Below are positions 1 to 12,400 of a stretch of 64,000 nucleotides of DNA, one piece after another. Under the pieces are notes generated by a model. It saw only the letters and a program-made list of their open reading frames with translations, had not been told where the DNA came from and searched no databases. The DNA is taken from assembly GCF_009914755.1 (NCBI RefSeq), contig NC_060925.1. One strand, written 5' to 3'. Made by a program: the position numbers and the translations under genes. The first letter of the stretch is position 1. The number at the start of each line of letters is the position of its first letter. This stretch comes from the human T2T-CHM13v2.0 reference genome, Homo sapiens.

Positions 1-481
1 GACTGCAATCATCCAATGGTCTCGAATGGAATCATCTTCAAATGGAATGGAATGGAATCATCGCATAGAATCGAATGGAATTATCATCGAATGGAATCGA
101 ATGGAATCAACATCAAACGGAAAAAAACGGAATTATCGAATGGAATCGAAGAGAATCATCGAATGGACCCGAATGGAATCATCTAATGGAATGGAATGGA
201 ATAATCCATGGACTCGAATGCAATCATCATCGAATGGAATCGAATGGAATCATCGAATGGACTCGAATGGAATAATCATTGAACGGAATCGAATGGAATC
301 ATCATCGGATGGAAATGAATGGAATCATCATCGAATGGAATCGAATAGAATTATGGAATGAAATCCAGTGTGATCATCATCGAATGGACCCGAATGGAAT
401 CATCATCCAACGGAAGCTAATGGAATCAACATCGAATGAATCAAATGGAAACACCATCGAATTGAAACGAATGGAATTATC

Positions 482-2257
482 ATGAAATTGAAATGGATGG
501 ACTCATCATCGAATGGATTCGAATGGAATCATCGAATAAAATTGATTGAAATCATCATCGAATGGAATCGAATGGTATCATTGAATGGAATCGAATGGAA
601 TCATCATCAGATGGAAATGAATGGAATCGTCATAGAATGGAATCGAATGGATTCATTGAATGGAATCAGATGGAATCATCGAATGGACTGGAATGGAATC
701 ATTGAATGGACTCGAAAGGGATCATTATTGAATGGAATTGAATGGAATCATCGAATGGTCTCGATTGGAATCATTATCAAATGGAATCGAATGGAATCAC
801 CGAATAGAATCGAATGGAACAATCATCGAATGGACTCAAATGGAATTATCCTCCAATGGAATGGAATGGAATTATCGAATGCAATCGAATGGAATTATCG
901 AATGCAATCGAATAGAATCATCGAATGGACTCGAATGGAATCATCGAATGGAATGGAATGGAACAGTCAATGAACTCGAATGGAATCATCATTGAATGGA
1001 ATCGAATGGAATCATCGAGTGGAATCGAATGGAATTATGATCAAATGGAATCGAATGTAATCATCATCAAATGGAATCAAAAATAACCATCATCAATTGG
1101 TATTGAATGGAATTGTCATCAAATGGAATTCAAAGGAATCATCATCAAATGGAACCGAATGGAATCCTCATTGAATGGAAATGAAAGGGGTCATCATCTA
1201 ATGGAATCGCATGGAATCATCATCAAATGGAATCGAATGGAATCACCATCAAATGGAATCTAATGGAATCATTGAACAGAATTGAATGGAATCGTCATCG
1301 AATGAATTGAATGCAATCATCGAATGGTCTCGAATGGATTCATCTTCTAATGGAAAGGAATGGAATCATCGCATAGAATCGAATGGAATTATCATCGAAT
1401 GGAATCGAATGGTATCAACACCAAACGGAAAAAAACGGAATTATCGAATGGAATCGAAGAGAATCTTCGAACGGACCCGAATGGAATCATCTAATGGAAT
1501 GGAATGGAATAATCCATGGACTCGAATGCAATCATCATCGAATGGAATCGAATGGAATCATCGAATGGACTCGAATGGAATAATCATTGAACGGAATCGA
1601 TTGGAATCATCATCGGATGGAAACGAATGGAATCATCATCGAATGGAAATGAAAGGAGTCATCATCTAATGGAATTGCATGGAATCATCATAAAATGGAA
1701 TCGAATGGAATCAACATCAAATGGAATCAAATGGAATCATTGAACGGAATTGAATGGAATCGTCATCGAATGAATTGACTGCAATCATCCAATGGTCTCG
1801 AATGGAATCATCTTCAAATGGAATGGAATGGAATCATCGCATAGAATCGAATGGAATTATCATCGAATGGAATCGAAGGGAATCAACATCCAACGGAAAA
1901 AAACGGAATTATCGAATGGAATCGAAGAGAATCATCGAATGGACCCGAATGGAATCATGTAATGGAATGGAATGGAATAATCCATGGACTCGAATGCAAT
2001 CATCATCGAATGGAATCGAATGGAATCATCGAATGGACTCGAATGGAAAAATCATTGAACGGAATCGAATGGAATCATCATCGGATGGAAATGAATGGAA
2101 TCATCATCGAATGGAATCGAATAGAATTATGGAATGAAATCCAGTGTGATCATCATCGAATGGACCCGAATGGAATCATCATCCAACGGAAGCTAATGGA
2201 ATCAACATCGAATGAATCAAATGGAAACACCATCGAATTGAAACGAATGGAATTATC
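482..2257 (+). repeat. Representative canonical 1,776-bp HSat2 monomer
   Basis: Landmarks at 482 and 2258 are 1,776 bp apart. Once-per-monomer motifs are AATAAAATTGATTGAAATC, CGAAAGGGATC, GGAACAGTCAATGAACTCG, ATCAATTGGTATTG, GAATTCAAAGG, GAAATCCAGTGTG and GGAAGCTAATGG. Confidence 0.95.
1181..2116 (+). repeat. Internal tandem duplication of a 468-bp subunit within the monomer (copy A 1181-1648, copy B 1649-2116)
   Basis: ATGAAAGGGGTCATCATCTAATGG at 1181 and ATGAAAGGAGTCATCATCTAATGG at 1649 are 468 bp apart. The GGAAAAAAACGG and AATAATCCATGG motifs occur twice per monomer at the same spacing, and the paired 127-aa ORFs start at 1286 and 1754. Confidence 0.93.
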
Positions 2258-3529
2258 ATGAAATTGAAATGGATGGACTCATCATCGAATGGATTCGAAT
2301 GGAATCATCGAATAAAATTGATTGAAATCATCATCGAATGGAATCGAATGGTATCATTGAATGGAATCGAATGGAATCATCATCAGATGGAAATGAATGG
2401 AATCGTCATAGAATGGAATCGAATGGATTCATTGAATGGAATCAGATGGAATCATCGAATGGACTGGAATGGAATCATTGAATGGACTCGATAGGGATCA
2501 TTATTGAATGGAATTGAATGGAATCATCGAATGGTCTCGATTGGAATCATTATCAAATGGAATCGAATGGAATCACCGAATAGAATCGAATGGAACAATC
2601 ATCGAATGGACTCAAATGGAATTATCCTCAAATGGAATCGAATGGAATTATCGAATGCAATCGAATGGAATTATCGAATGCAATCGAATAGAATCATCGA
2701 ATGGACTCGAATGGAATCATCGAATGGAATGGAATGGAACAGTCAATGAACTCGAATGGAATCATCATTGAATGGAATCGAATGGAATCATCGAGTGGAA
2801 TCGAATGGAATTATGATCAAATGGAATCGAATGTAATCATCATCAAATGGAATCAAAAATAACAATCATCAATTGGTATTGAATGGAATTGTCATCAAAT
2901 GGAATTCAAAGGAATCATCATCAAATGGAACCGAATGGAATCCTCATTGAATGGAAATGAAAGGGGTCATCATCTAATGGAATCGCATGGAATCATCATA
3001 AAATGGAATCGAATGGAATCAACATCAAATGGAATCAAATGGAATCATTGAACGGAATTGAATGGAATCGTCATCGAATGAATTGGATGCAATCATCGAA
3101 TGGTCTCGAATGGAATCTTCTTCAAATGGAATGGAATGGAATCATCGCATAGAATCGAATGGAATTATCATCGAATGGAATCGAATGGAATCAACATCAA
3201 ACGGAAAAAAACGGAATTATCGAATGGAATCGAAGAGAATCATCGAATGGACCCGAATGGAATCATCTAATGGAATGGAATGGAATAATCCATGGACTCG
3301 AATGCAATCATCATCGAATGGAATCGAATGGAATCATCGAATGGACTCGAATGGAATAATCATTGAACGGAATCGAATGGAATCATCATCGGATGGAAAC
3401 GAATGGAATCATCATCGAATGGAAATGAAAGGAGTCATCATCTAATGGAATTGCATGGAATCATCATAAAATGGAATCGAATGGAATCAACATCAAATGG
3501 AATCAAATGGAATCATTGAACGGAATTGA

Positions 3530-4144
3530 ATGGAATCGTCATCGAATGAATTGACTGCAATCATCGAATGGTCTCGAATGTAATCACATTCTAATGGAAA
3601 GGAATGGAATCATCGCATAGAATCGAATGGAATTAACATTGAATGGACTCGAATGGAATCAACATCAAACGGAATCAAGCGGAATTATCGAATGGAATCG
3701 AAGAGAATCATCGAATGGTCTCGAATGGAATCATCTTCTAATGGAAAGGAATGGAATCATCGCATAGAATCGAATGGAATTAACATTGAATGGACTCGAA
3801 TGGAATCAACATCAAATGGAATCAAGCGGAATTATCGAATGAAATCGAAGAGAATCATCGAATGGACTCGAATGGAATCATCTAATGGAATGGAATGGAA
3901 TAATCCACGGACTCGAATGCAATCATCATCGTATAGAATCGAATGGAATCATCGAATGGACTCGAATGGAATAATCATTGAACGGAAGCGAATGGAATCA
4001 TCATCGGATGGAAACGAATGGAATCATCATCGAATGGAAATGAAAGGAGTCATCATCTAATGGAATTGCATGGAATCATCATAAAATGGAATCGAATGGA
4101 ATCAAAATCAAATGGAATCAAATGGAATCATTGAACGGAATTGA
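3530..4144 (+). repeat. Divergent 615-bp extra module (468-bp subunit variant with internal 147-bp tandem duplication), copy 1
   Basis: Monomer interval 2258-4649 = 1776+615. Diagnostic motifs are GAATGTAATCACATTC, AATTAACATTG (3631 and 3778, 147 bp apart), GGAATCAAGCGG, AATCCACGG, TCGTATAG and GGAAGCG. Boundaries are register-dependent. Confidence 0.9.
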
Positions 4145-6421
4145 ATGGAATCGTCATCGAATGAATTGACTGCAATCATCGAATGGTCTCGAATGGAATC
4201 ATCTTCAAATGGAATGGAATGGAATCATCGCATAGAATCGAATGGAATTATCATCGAATGGAATCGAATGGAATCAACATCAAACGGAAAAAAACGGAAT
4301 TATCGAATGGAATCGAAGAGAATCATCGAATGGACCCGAATGGAATCATCTAATGGAATGGAATGGAATAATCCATGGACTCGAATGCAATCATCATCGA
4401 ATGGAATCGAATGGAATCATCGAATGGACTCGAATGGAATAATCATTGAACGGAATCGAATGGAATCATCATCGGATGGAAATGAATGGAATCATCATCG
4501 AATGGAATCGAATAGAATTATGGAATGAAATCCAGTGTGATCATCATCGAATGGACCCGAATGGAATCATCATCCAACGGAAGCTAATGGAATCAACATC
4601 GAATGAATCGAATGGAAACACCATCGAATTGAAACGAATGGAATTATCATGAAATTGAAATGGATGGACTCATCATCGGATGGATTCGAATGGAATCATC
4701 GAATAAAATTGATTGAAATCATCATCCAATGGAATCGAATGGTATCATTGAATGGAATCGAATGGAATCATCATCAGATGGAAATGAATGGAATCGTCAT
4801 AGAATGGAATCGAATGGATTCATTGAATGGAATCAGATGGAATCATCGAATGGACTGGAATGGAATCATTGAATGGACTCGAAAGGGATCATGATTGAAT
4901 GGAATTGAATGGAATCATCGAATGGTCTCGATTGGAATCATTATCAAATGGAATCGAATGGAATCACCGAATAGAATCGAATGGAACAATCATCGAATGG
5001 ACTCAAATGGAATTATCCTCAAATGGAATCGAATGGAATTATCGAATGCAATCGAATGGAATTATCGAATGCAATCGAATAGAATCATCGAATGGACTCG
5101 AATGGAATCATCGAATGGAATGGAATGGAACAGTCAATGAACTCGAATGGAATCATCATTGAATGGAATCGAATGGAATCATCGAGTGGAATCGAATGGA
5201 ATTATGATCAAATGCAATCGAATGTAATCCTCATCAAATGGAATCAAAAATAGCCATCATCAATTGGTATTGAATGGAATTGTCATCAAATGGAATTCAA
5301 AGGAATCATCATCAAATGGAACCGAATGGAATCCTCATTGAATGGAAATGAAAGGGGTCATCATCTAATGGAATCGCATGGAATCATCATCAAATGGAAT
5401 CGAATGGAATCATCATCAAATGGAATCTAATGGAATCATTGAACAGAATTGAATGGAATCGTCATCGAATGAATTGAATGCAATCATCGAATGGTCTCGA
5501 ATGGAATCATCTTCTAATGGAAAGGAATGGAATCATCGCATAGAATCGAATGGAATTATCATCGAATGGAATCGAATGGTATCAACACCAAACGGAAAAA
5601 AACGGAATTATCGAATGGAATCGAAGAGAATCTTCGAACGGACCCGAATGGAATCATCTAATGGAATGGAATGGAATAATCCATGGACTCGAATGCAATC
5701 ATCATCGAATGGAATCGAATGGAATCATCGAATGGACTCGAATGGAATAATCATTGAACGGAATCGAATGGAATCATCATCGGATGGAAACGAATGGAAA
5801 CATCATCGAATGGAAATGAAAGGAGTCATCATCTAATGGAATTGCATGGAATCATCATAAAATGGAATCGAATGGAATCAACATCAAATGGAATCAAATG
5901 GAATCATTGAACGGAATTGAATGGAATCGTCATCGAATGAATTGACTACAATCACCGAATGGTCTCGAATGGAATCATCTTCAAATGGAATGGAATGGAA
6001 TCATCGCATAGAATCGAATGGAATTATCATCGAATGGAATCGAATGGAATCAACATCAAACGGAAAAAAACAGAATTATCGTATGGAATCGAAGAGAATC
6101 ATCGAATGGACCCGAATGGAATCATCTAATGGAATGGAATGGAATAATCCATGGACTCGAATGCAATCATCATCGAATGGAATCGAATGGAATCATCGAA
6201 TGGACTCGAATGGAATAATCATTGAACGGAATCGAATGGAATCATCATCGGATGGAAATGAATGGAATCATCATCGAATGGAATCGAATAGAATTATGGA
6301 ATGAAATCCAGTGTGATCATCATCGAATGGACCCGAATGGAATCATCCAACGGAAGCTAATGGAATCAACATCGAATGAATCGAATGGAAACACCATCGA
6401 ATTGAACCGAATGGAATTATC

Positions 6422-9400
6422 ATGAAATTGAAATGGATGGACTCATCAACGAATGGATTCGAATGGAATCATCGAATAAAATTGATTGAAATCATCATCG
6501 AATGGAATCGAATGGTATCATTGAATGGAATCGAATGGAATCATCATCAGATGGAAATGAATGGAATCGTCATAGAATGGAATCGAATGGATTCATTGAA
6601 TGGAATCAGATGGAATCATCGAATGGACTGGAATGGAATCATTGAATGGACTCGAAAGGGATCATGATTGAATGGAATTGAATGGAATCATCGAATGGTC
6701 TCGATTGGAATCATTATCAAATGGAATCGAATGGAATCACCGAATAGAATCGAATGGAACAATCATCGAATGGACTCAAATGGAATTATCCTCCAATGGA
6801 ATGGAATGGAATTATCGAATGCAATCGAATGGAATTATCGAATGCAATCGAATAGAATCATCGAATGGACTCGAATGGAATCATCGAATGGAATGGAATG
6901 GAACAGTCAATGAACTCGAATGGAATCATCATTGAATGGAATCGAATGGAATCATCGAGTGGAATCGAATGGAATTATGATCAAATGGAATCGAATGTAA
7001 TCATCATCAAATGGAATCAAAAATAACCATCATCAATTGGTATTGAATGGAATTGTCATCAAATGGAATTCAAAGGAATCATCATCAAATGGAACCGAAT
7101 GGAATCCTCATTGAATGGAAATGAAAGGGGTCATCATCTAATGGAATCGCATGGAATCATCATCAAATGGAATCGAATGGAATCACCATCAAATGGAATC
7201 TAATGGAATCATTGAACAGAATTGAATGGAATCGTCATCGAATGAATTGAATGCAATCATCGAATGGTCTCGAATGGATTCATCTTCTAATGGAAAGGAA
7301 TGGAATCATCGCATAGAATCGAATGGAATTATCATCGAATGGAATCGAATGGTATCAACACCAAACGGAAAAAAACGGAATTATCGAATGGAATCGAAGA
7401 GAATCTTCGAACGGACCCGAATGGAATCATCTAATGGAATGGAATGGAATAATCCATGGACTCGAATGCAATCATCATCGAATGGAATCGAATGGAATCA
7501 TCGAATGGACTCGAATGGAATAATCATTGAACGGAATCGATTGGAATCATCATCGGATGGAAACGAATGGAATCATCATCGAATGGAAATGAAAGGAGTC
7601 ATCATCTAATGGAATTGCATGGAATCATCATAAAATGGAATCGAATGGAATCAACATCAAATGGAATCAAATGGAATCATTGAACGGAATTGAATGGAAT
7701 CGTCATCGAATGAATTGACTGCAATCATCCAATGGTCTCGAATGGAATCATCTTCAAATGGAATGGAATGGAATCATCGCATAGAATCGAATGGAATTAT
7801 CATCGAATGGAATCGAATGGAATCAACATCCAACGGAAAAAAACGGAATTATCGAATGGAATCGAAGAGAATCATCGAATGGACCCGAATGGAATCATGT
7901 AATGGAATGGAATGGAATAATCCATGGACTCGAATGCAATCATCATCGAATGGAATCGAATGGAATCATCGAATGGACTCGAATGGAATAATCATTGAAC
8001 GGAATCGAATGGAATCATCATCGGATGGAAATGAATGGAATCATCATCGAATGGAATCGAATAGAATTATGGAATGAAATCCAGTGTGATCATCATCGAA
8101 TGGACCCGAATGGAATCATCATCCAACGGAAGCTAATGGAATCAACATCGAATGAATCAAATGGAAACACCATCGAATTGAAACGAATGGAATTATCATG
8201 AAATTGAAATGGATGGACTCATCATCGAATGGATTCGAATGGAATCATCGAATAAAATTGATTGAAATCATCATCGAATGGAATCGAATGGTATCATTGA
8301 ATGGAATCGAATGGAATCATCATCAGATGGAAATGAATGGAATCGTCATAGAATGGAATCGAATGGATTCATTGAATGGAATCAGATGGAATCATCGAAT
8401 GGACTGGAATGGAATCATTGAATGGACTCGAAAGGGATCATTATTGAATGGAATTGAATGGAATCATCGAATGGTCTCGATTGGAATCATTATCAAATGG
8501 AATCGAATGGAATCACCGAATAGAATCGAATGGAACAATCATCGAATGGACTCAAATGGAATTATCCTCAAATGGAATCGAATGGAATTATCGAATGCAA
8601 TCGAATGGAATTATCGAATGCAATCGAATAGAATCATCGAATGGACTCGAATGGAATCATCGAATGGAATGGAATGGAACAGTCAATGAACTCGAATGGA
8701 ATCATCATTGAATGGAATCGAATGGAATCATCGAGTGGAATCGAATGGAATTATGATCAAATGGAATCGAATGTAATCATCATCAAATGGAATCAAAAAT
8801 AACCATCATCAATTGGTATTGAATGGAATTGTCATCAAATGGAATTCAAAGAAATCATCATCAAATGGAACCGAATGGAATCCTCATTGAATGGAAATGA
8901 AAGGGGTCATCATCTAATGGAATCGCATGGAATCATCATCAAATGGAATCGAATGGAATCATCATCAAATGGAATCTAATGGAATCATTGAACAGAATTG
9001 AATGGAATCGTCATCGAATGAATTGAATGCAATCATCGAATGGTCTCGAATGGAATCATCTTCTAATGGAAAGGAATGGAATCATCGCATAGAATCGAAT
9101 GGAATTATCATCGAATGGAATCGAATGGTATCAACACCAAACGGAAAAAAACGGAATTATCAAATGGAATCGAAGAGAATCTTCGAACGGACCCGAATGG
9201 AATCATCTAATGGAATGGAATGGAATAATCCATGGACTCGAATGCAATCATCATCGAATGGAATCGAATGGAATCATCGAATGGACTCGAATGGAATAAT
9301 CATTGAACGGAATCGAATGGAATCATCATCGGATGGAAACGAATGGAATCATCATCGAATGGAAATGAAAGGAGTCATCATCTAATGGAATTGCATGGAA

Positions 9401-12400
9401 TCATCATAAAATGGAATCGAATGGAATCAACATCAAATGGAATCAAATGGAATCATTGAACGGAATTGAATGGAATCATCATCGAATGAATTGACTGCAA
9501 TCACCCAATGGTCTCGAATGGAATCATCTTCAAATGGAATGGAATGGAATCATCGCATAGAATCGAATGGAATTATCATCGAATGGAATCGAATGGAATC
9601 AACATCAAACGGAAAAAAACGGAATTATCGAATGGAATCGAAGAGAATCATCGAATGGACCCGAATGGAATCATCTAATGGAATGGAATGGAATAATCCA
9701 TGGACTCGAATGCAATCATCATCGAATGGAATCGAATGGAATCATCGAATGGACTCGAATGGAATAATCATTGAACGGAATCGAATGGAATCATCATCGG
9801 ATGGAAATGAATGGAATCATCATCGAATGGAATCGAATAGAATTATGGAATGAAATCCAGTGTGATCATCATCGAATGGACCCGAATGGAATCATCATCC
9901 AACGGAAGCTAATGGAATCAACATCGAATGAATCAAATGGAAACACCATCGAATTGAAACGAATGGAATTATCATGAAATTGAAATGGATGGACTCATCA
10001 TCGAATGGATTCGAATGGAATCATCGAATAAAATTGATTGAAATCATCATCGAATGGAATCGAATGGTATCATTGAATGGAATCGAATGGAATCATCATC
10101 AGATGGAAATGAATGGAATCGTCATAGAATGGAATCGAATGGATTCATTGAATGGAATCAGATGGAATCATCGAATGGACTGGAATGGAATCATTGAATG
10201 GACTCGAAAGGGATCATGATTGAATGGAATTGAATGGAATCATCGAATGGTCTCGATTGGAATCATTATCAAATGGAATCGAATGGAATCACCGAATAGA
10301 ATCGAATGGAACAATCATCGAATGGACTCAAATGGAATTATCCTCCAATGGAATGGAATGGAATTATCGAATGCAATCGAATGGAATTATCGAATGCAAT
10401 CGAATAGAATCATTGAATGGACTCGAATGGAATCATCGAATGGAATGGAATGGAACAGTCAATGAACTCGAATGGAATCATCATTGAATGGAATCGAATG
10501 GAATCATCGAGTGGAATCGAATGGAATTATGATCAAATGGAATCGAATGTAATCATCATCAAATGGAATCAAAAATAACCATCATCAATTGGTATTGAAT
10601 GGAATTGTCATCAAATGGAATTCAAAGGAATCATCATCAAATGGAACCGAATGGAATCCTCATTGAATGGAAATGAAAGGGGTCATCATCTAATGGAATC
10701 GCATGGAATCATCATCAAATGGAATCGAATGGAATCATCATCAAATGGAATCTAATGGAATCATTGAACAGAATTGAATGGAATCGTCATCGAATGAATT
10801 GAATGCAATCATCGAATGGTCTCGAATGGATTCATCTTCTAATGGAAAGGAATGGAATCATCGCATAGAATCGAATGGAATTATCATCGAATGGAATCGA
10901 ATGGTATCAACACCAAACGGAAAAAAACGGAATTATCGAATGGAATCGAAGAGAATCTTCGAACGGACCCGAATGGAATCATCTAATGGAATGGAATGGA
11001 ATAATCCATGGACTCGAATGCAATCATCATCGAATGGAATCGAATGGAATCATCGAATGGACTCGAATGGAATAATCATTGAACGGAATCGATTGGAATC
11101 ATCATCGGATGGAAACGAATGGAATCATCATCGAATGGAAATGAAAGGAGTCATCATCTAATGGAATTGCATGGAATCATCATAAAATGGAATCGAATGG
11201 AATCAACATCAAATGGAATCAAATGGAATCATTGAACGGAATTGAATGGAATCGTCATCGAATGAATTGACTGCAATCATCCAATGGTCTCGAATGGAAT
11301 CATCTTCAAATGGAATGGAATGGAATCATCGCATAGAATCGAATGGAATTATCATCGAATGGAATCGAATGGAATCAACATCCAACGGAAAAAAACGGAA
11401 TTATCGAATGGAATCGAAGAGAATCATCGAATGGACCCGAATGGAATCATGTAATGAAATGGAATGGAATAATCCATGGACTCGAATGCAATCATCATCG
11501 AATGGAATCGAATGGAATCATCGAATGGACTCGAATGGAATAATCATTGAACGGAATCGAATGGAATCATCATCGGATGGAAATGAATGGAATCATCATC
11601 GAATGGAATCGAATAGAATTATGGAATGAAATCCAGTGTGATCATCATCGAATGGACCCGAATGGAATCATCATCCAACGGAAGCTAATGGAATCAACAT
11701 CGAATGAATCAAATGGAAACACCATCGAATTGAAACGAATGGAATTATCATGAAATTGAAATGGATGGACTCATCATCGAATGGATTCGAATGGAATCAT
11801 CGAATAAAATTGATTGAAATCATCATCGAATGGAATCGAATGGTATCATTGAATGGAATCGAATGGAATCATCATCAGATGGAAATGAATGGAATCGTCA
11901 TAGAATGGAATCGAATGGATTCATTGAATGGAATCAGATGGAATCATCGAATGGACTGGAATGGAATCATTGAATGGACTCGAAAGGGATCATGATTGAA
12001 TGGAATTGAATGGAATCATCGAATGGTCTCGATTGGAATCATTATCAAATGGAATCGAATGGAATCACCGAATAGAATCGAATGGAACAATCATCGAATG
12101 GACTCAAATGGAATTATCCTCAAATGGAATCGAATGGAATTATCGAATGCAATCGAATGGAATTATCGAATGCAATCGAATAGAATCATCGAATGGACTC
12201 GAATGGAATCATCGAATGGAATGGAATGGAACAGTCAATGAACTCGAATGGAATCATCATTGAATGGAATCGAATGGAATCATCGAGTGGAATCGAATGG
12301 AATTATGATCAAATGGAATCGAATGTAATCATCATCAAATGGAATCAAAAATAACCATCATCAATTGGTATTGAATGGAATTGTCATCAAATGGAATTCA

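Noticed and set aside
535-540. AATAAA once per monomer as a polyadenylation signal; GGAAAAAAACGG A-run as a retro-tail or terminator
   Set aside because: These are short motifs expected by mutation in an A-rich satellite and amplified with the monomer. There is no downstream GU-rich element or transcript evidence.
3570-3865. 147-bp internal duplication equals the nucleosome core DNA length
   Set aside because: 147 is also 3x49 (23+26-bp satellite elements), which explains the length with no need for nucleosome positioning. There is no independent evidence.
3530-4144. 615-, 595- and 670-bp extra segments as mobile-element insertions
   Set aside because: They are made entirely of HSat2 sequence, with no terminal repeats, target-site duplications, poly(A) tail or L1/Alu/LTR/NUMT-like sequence. 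Unequal recombination explains them.
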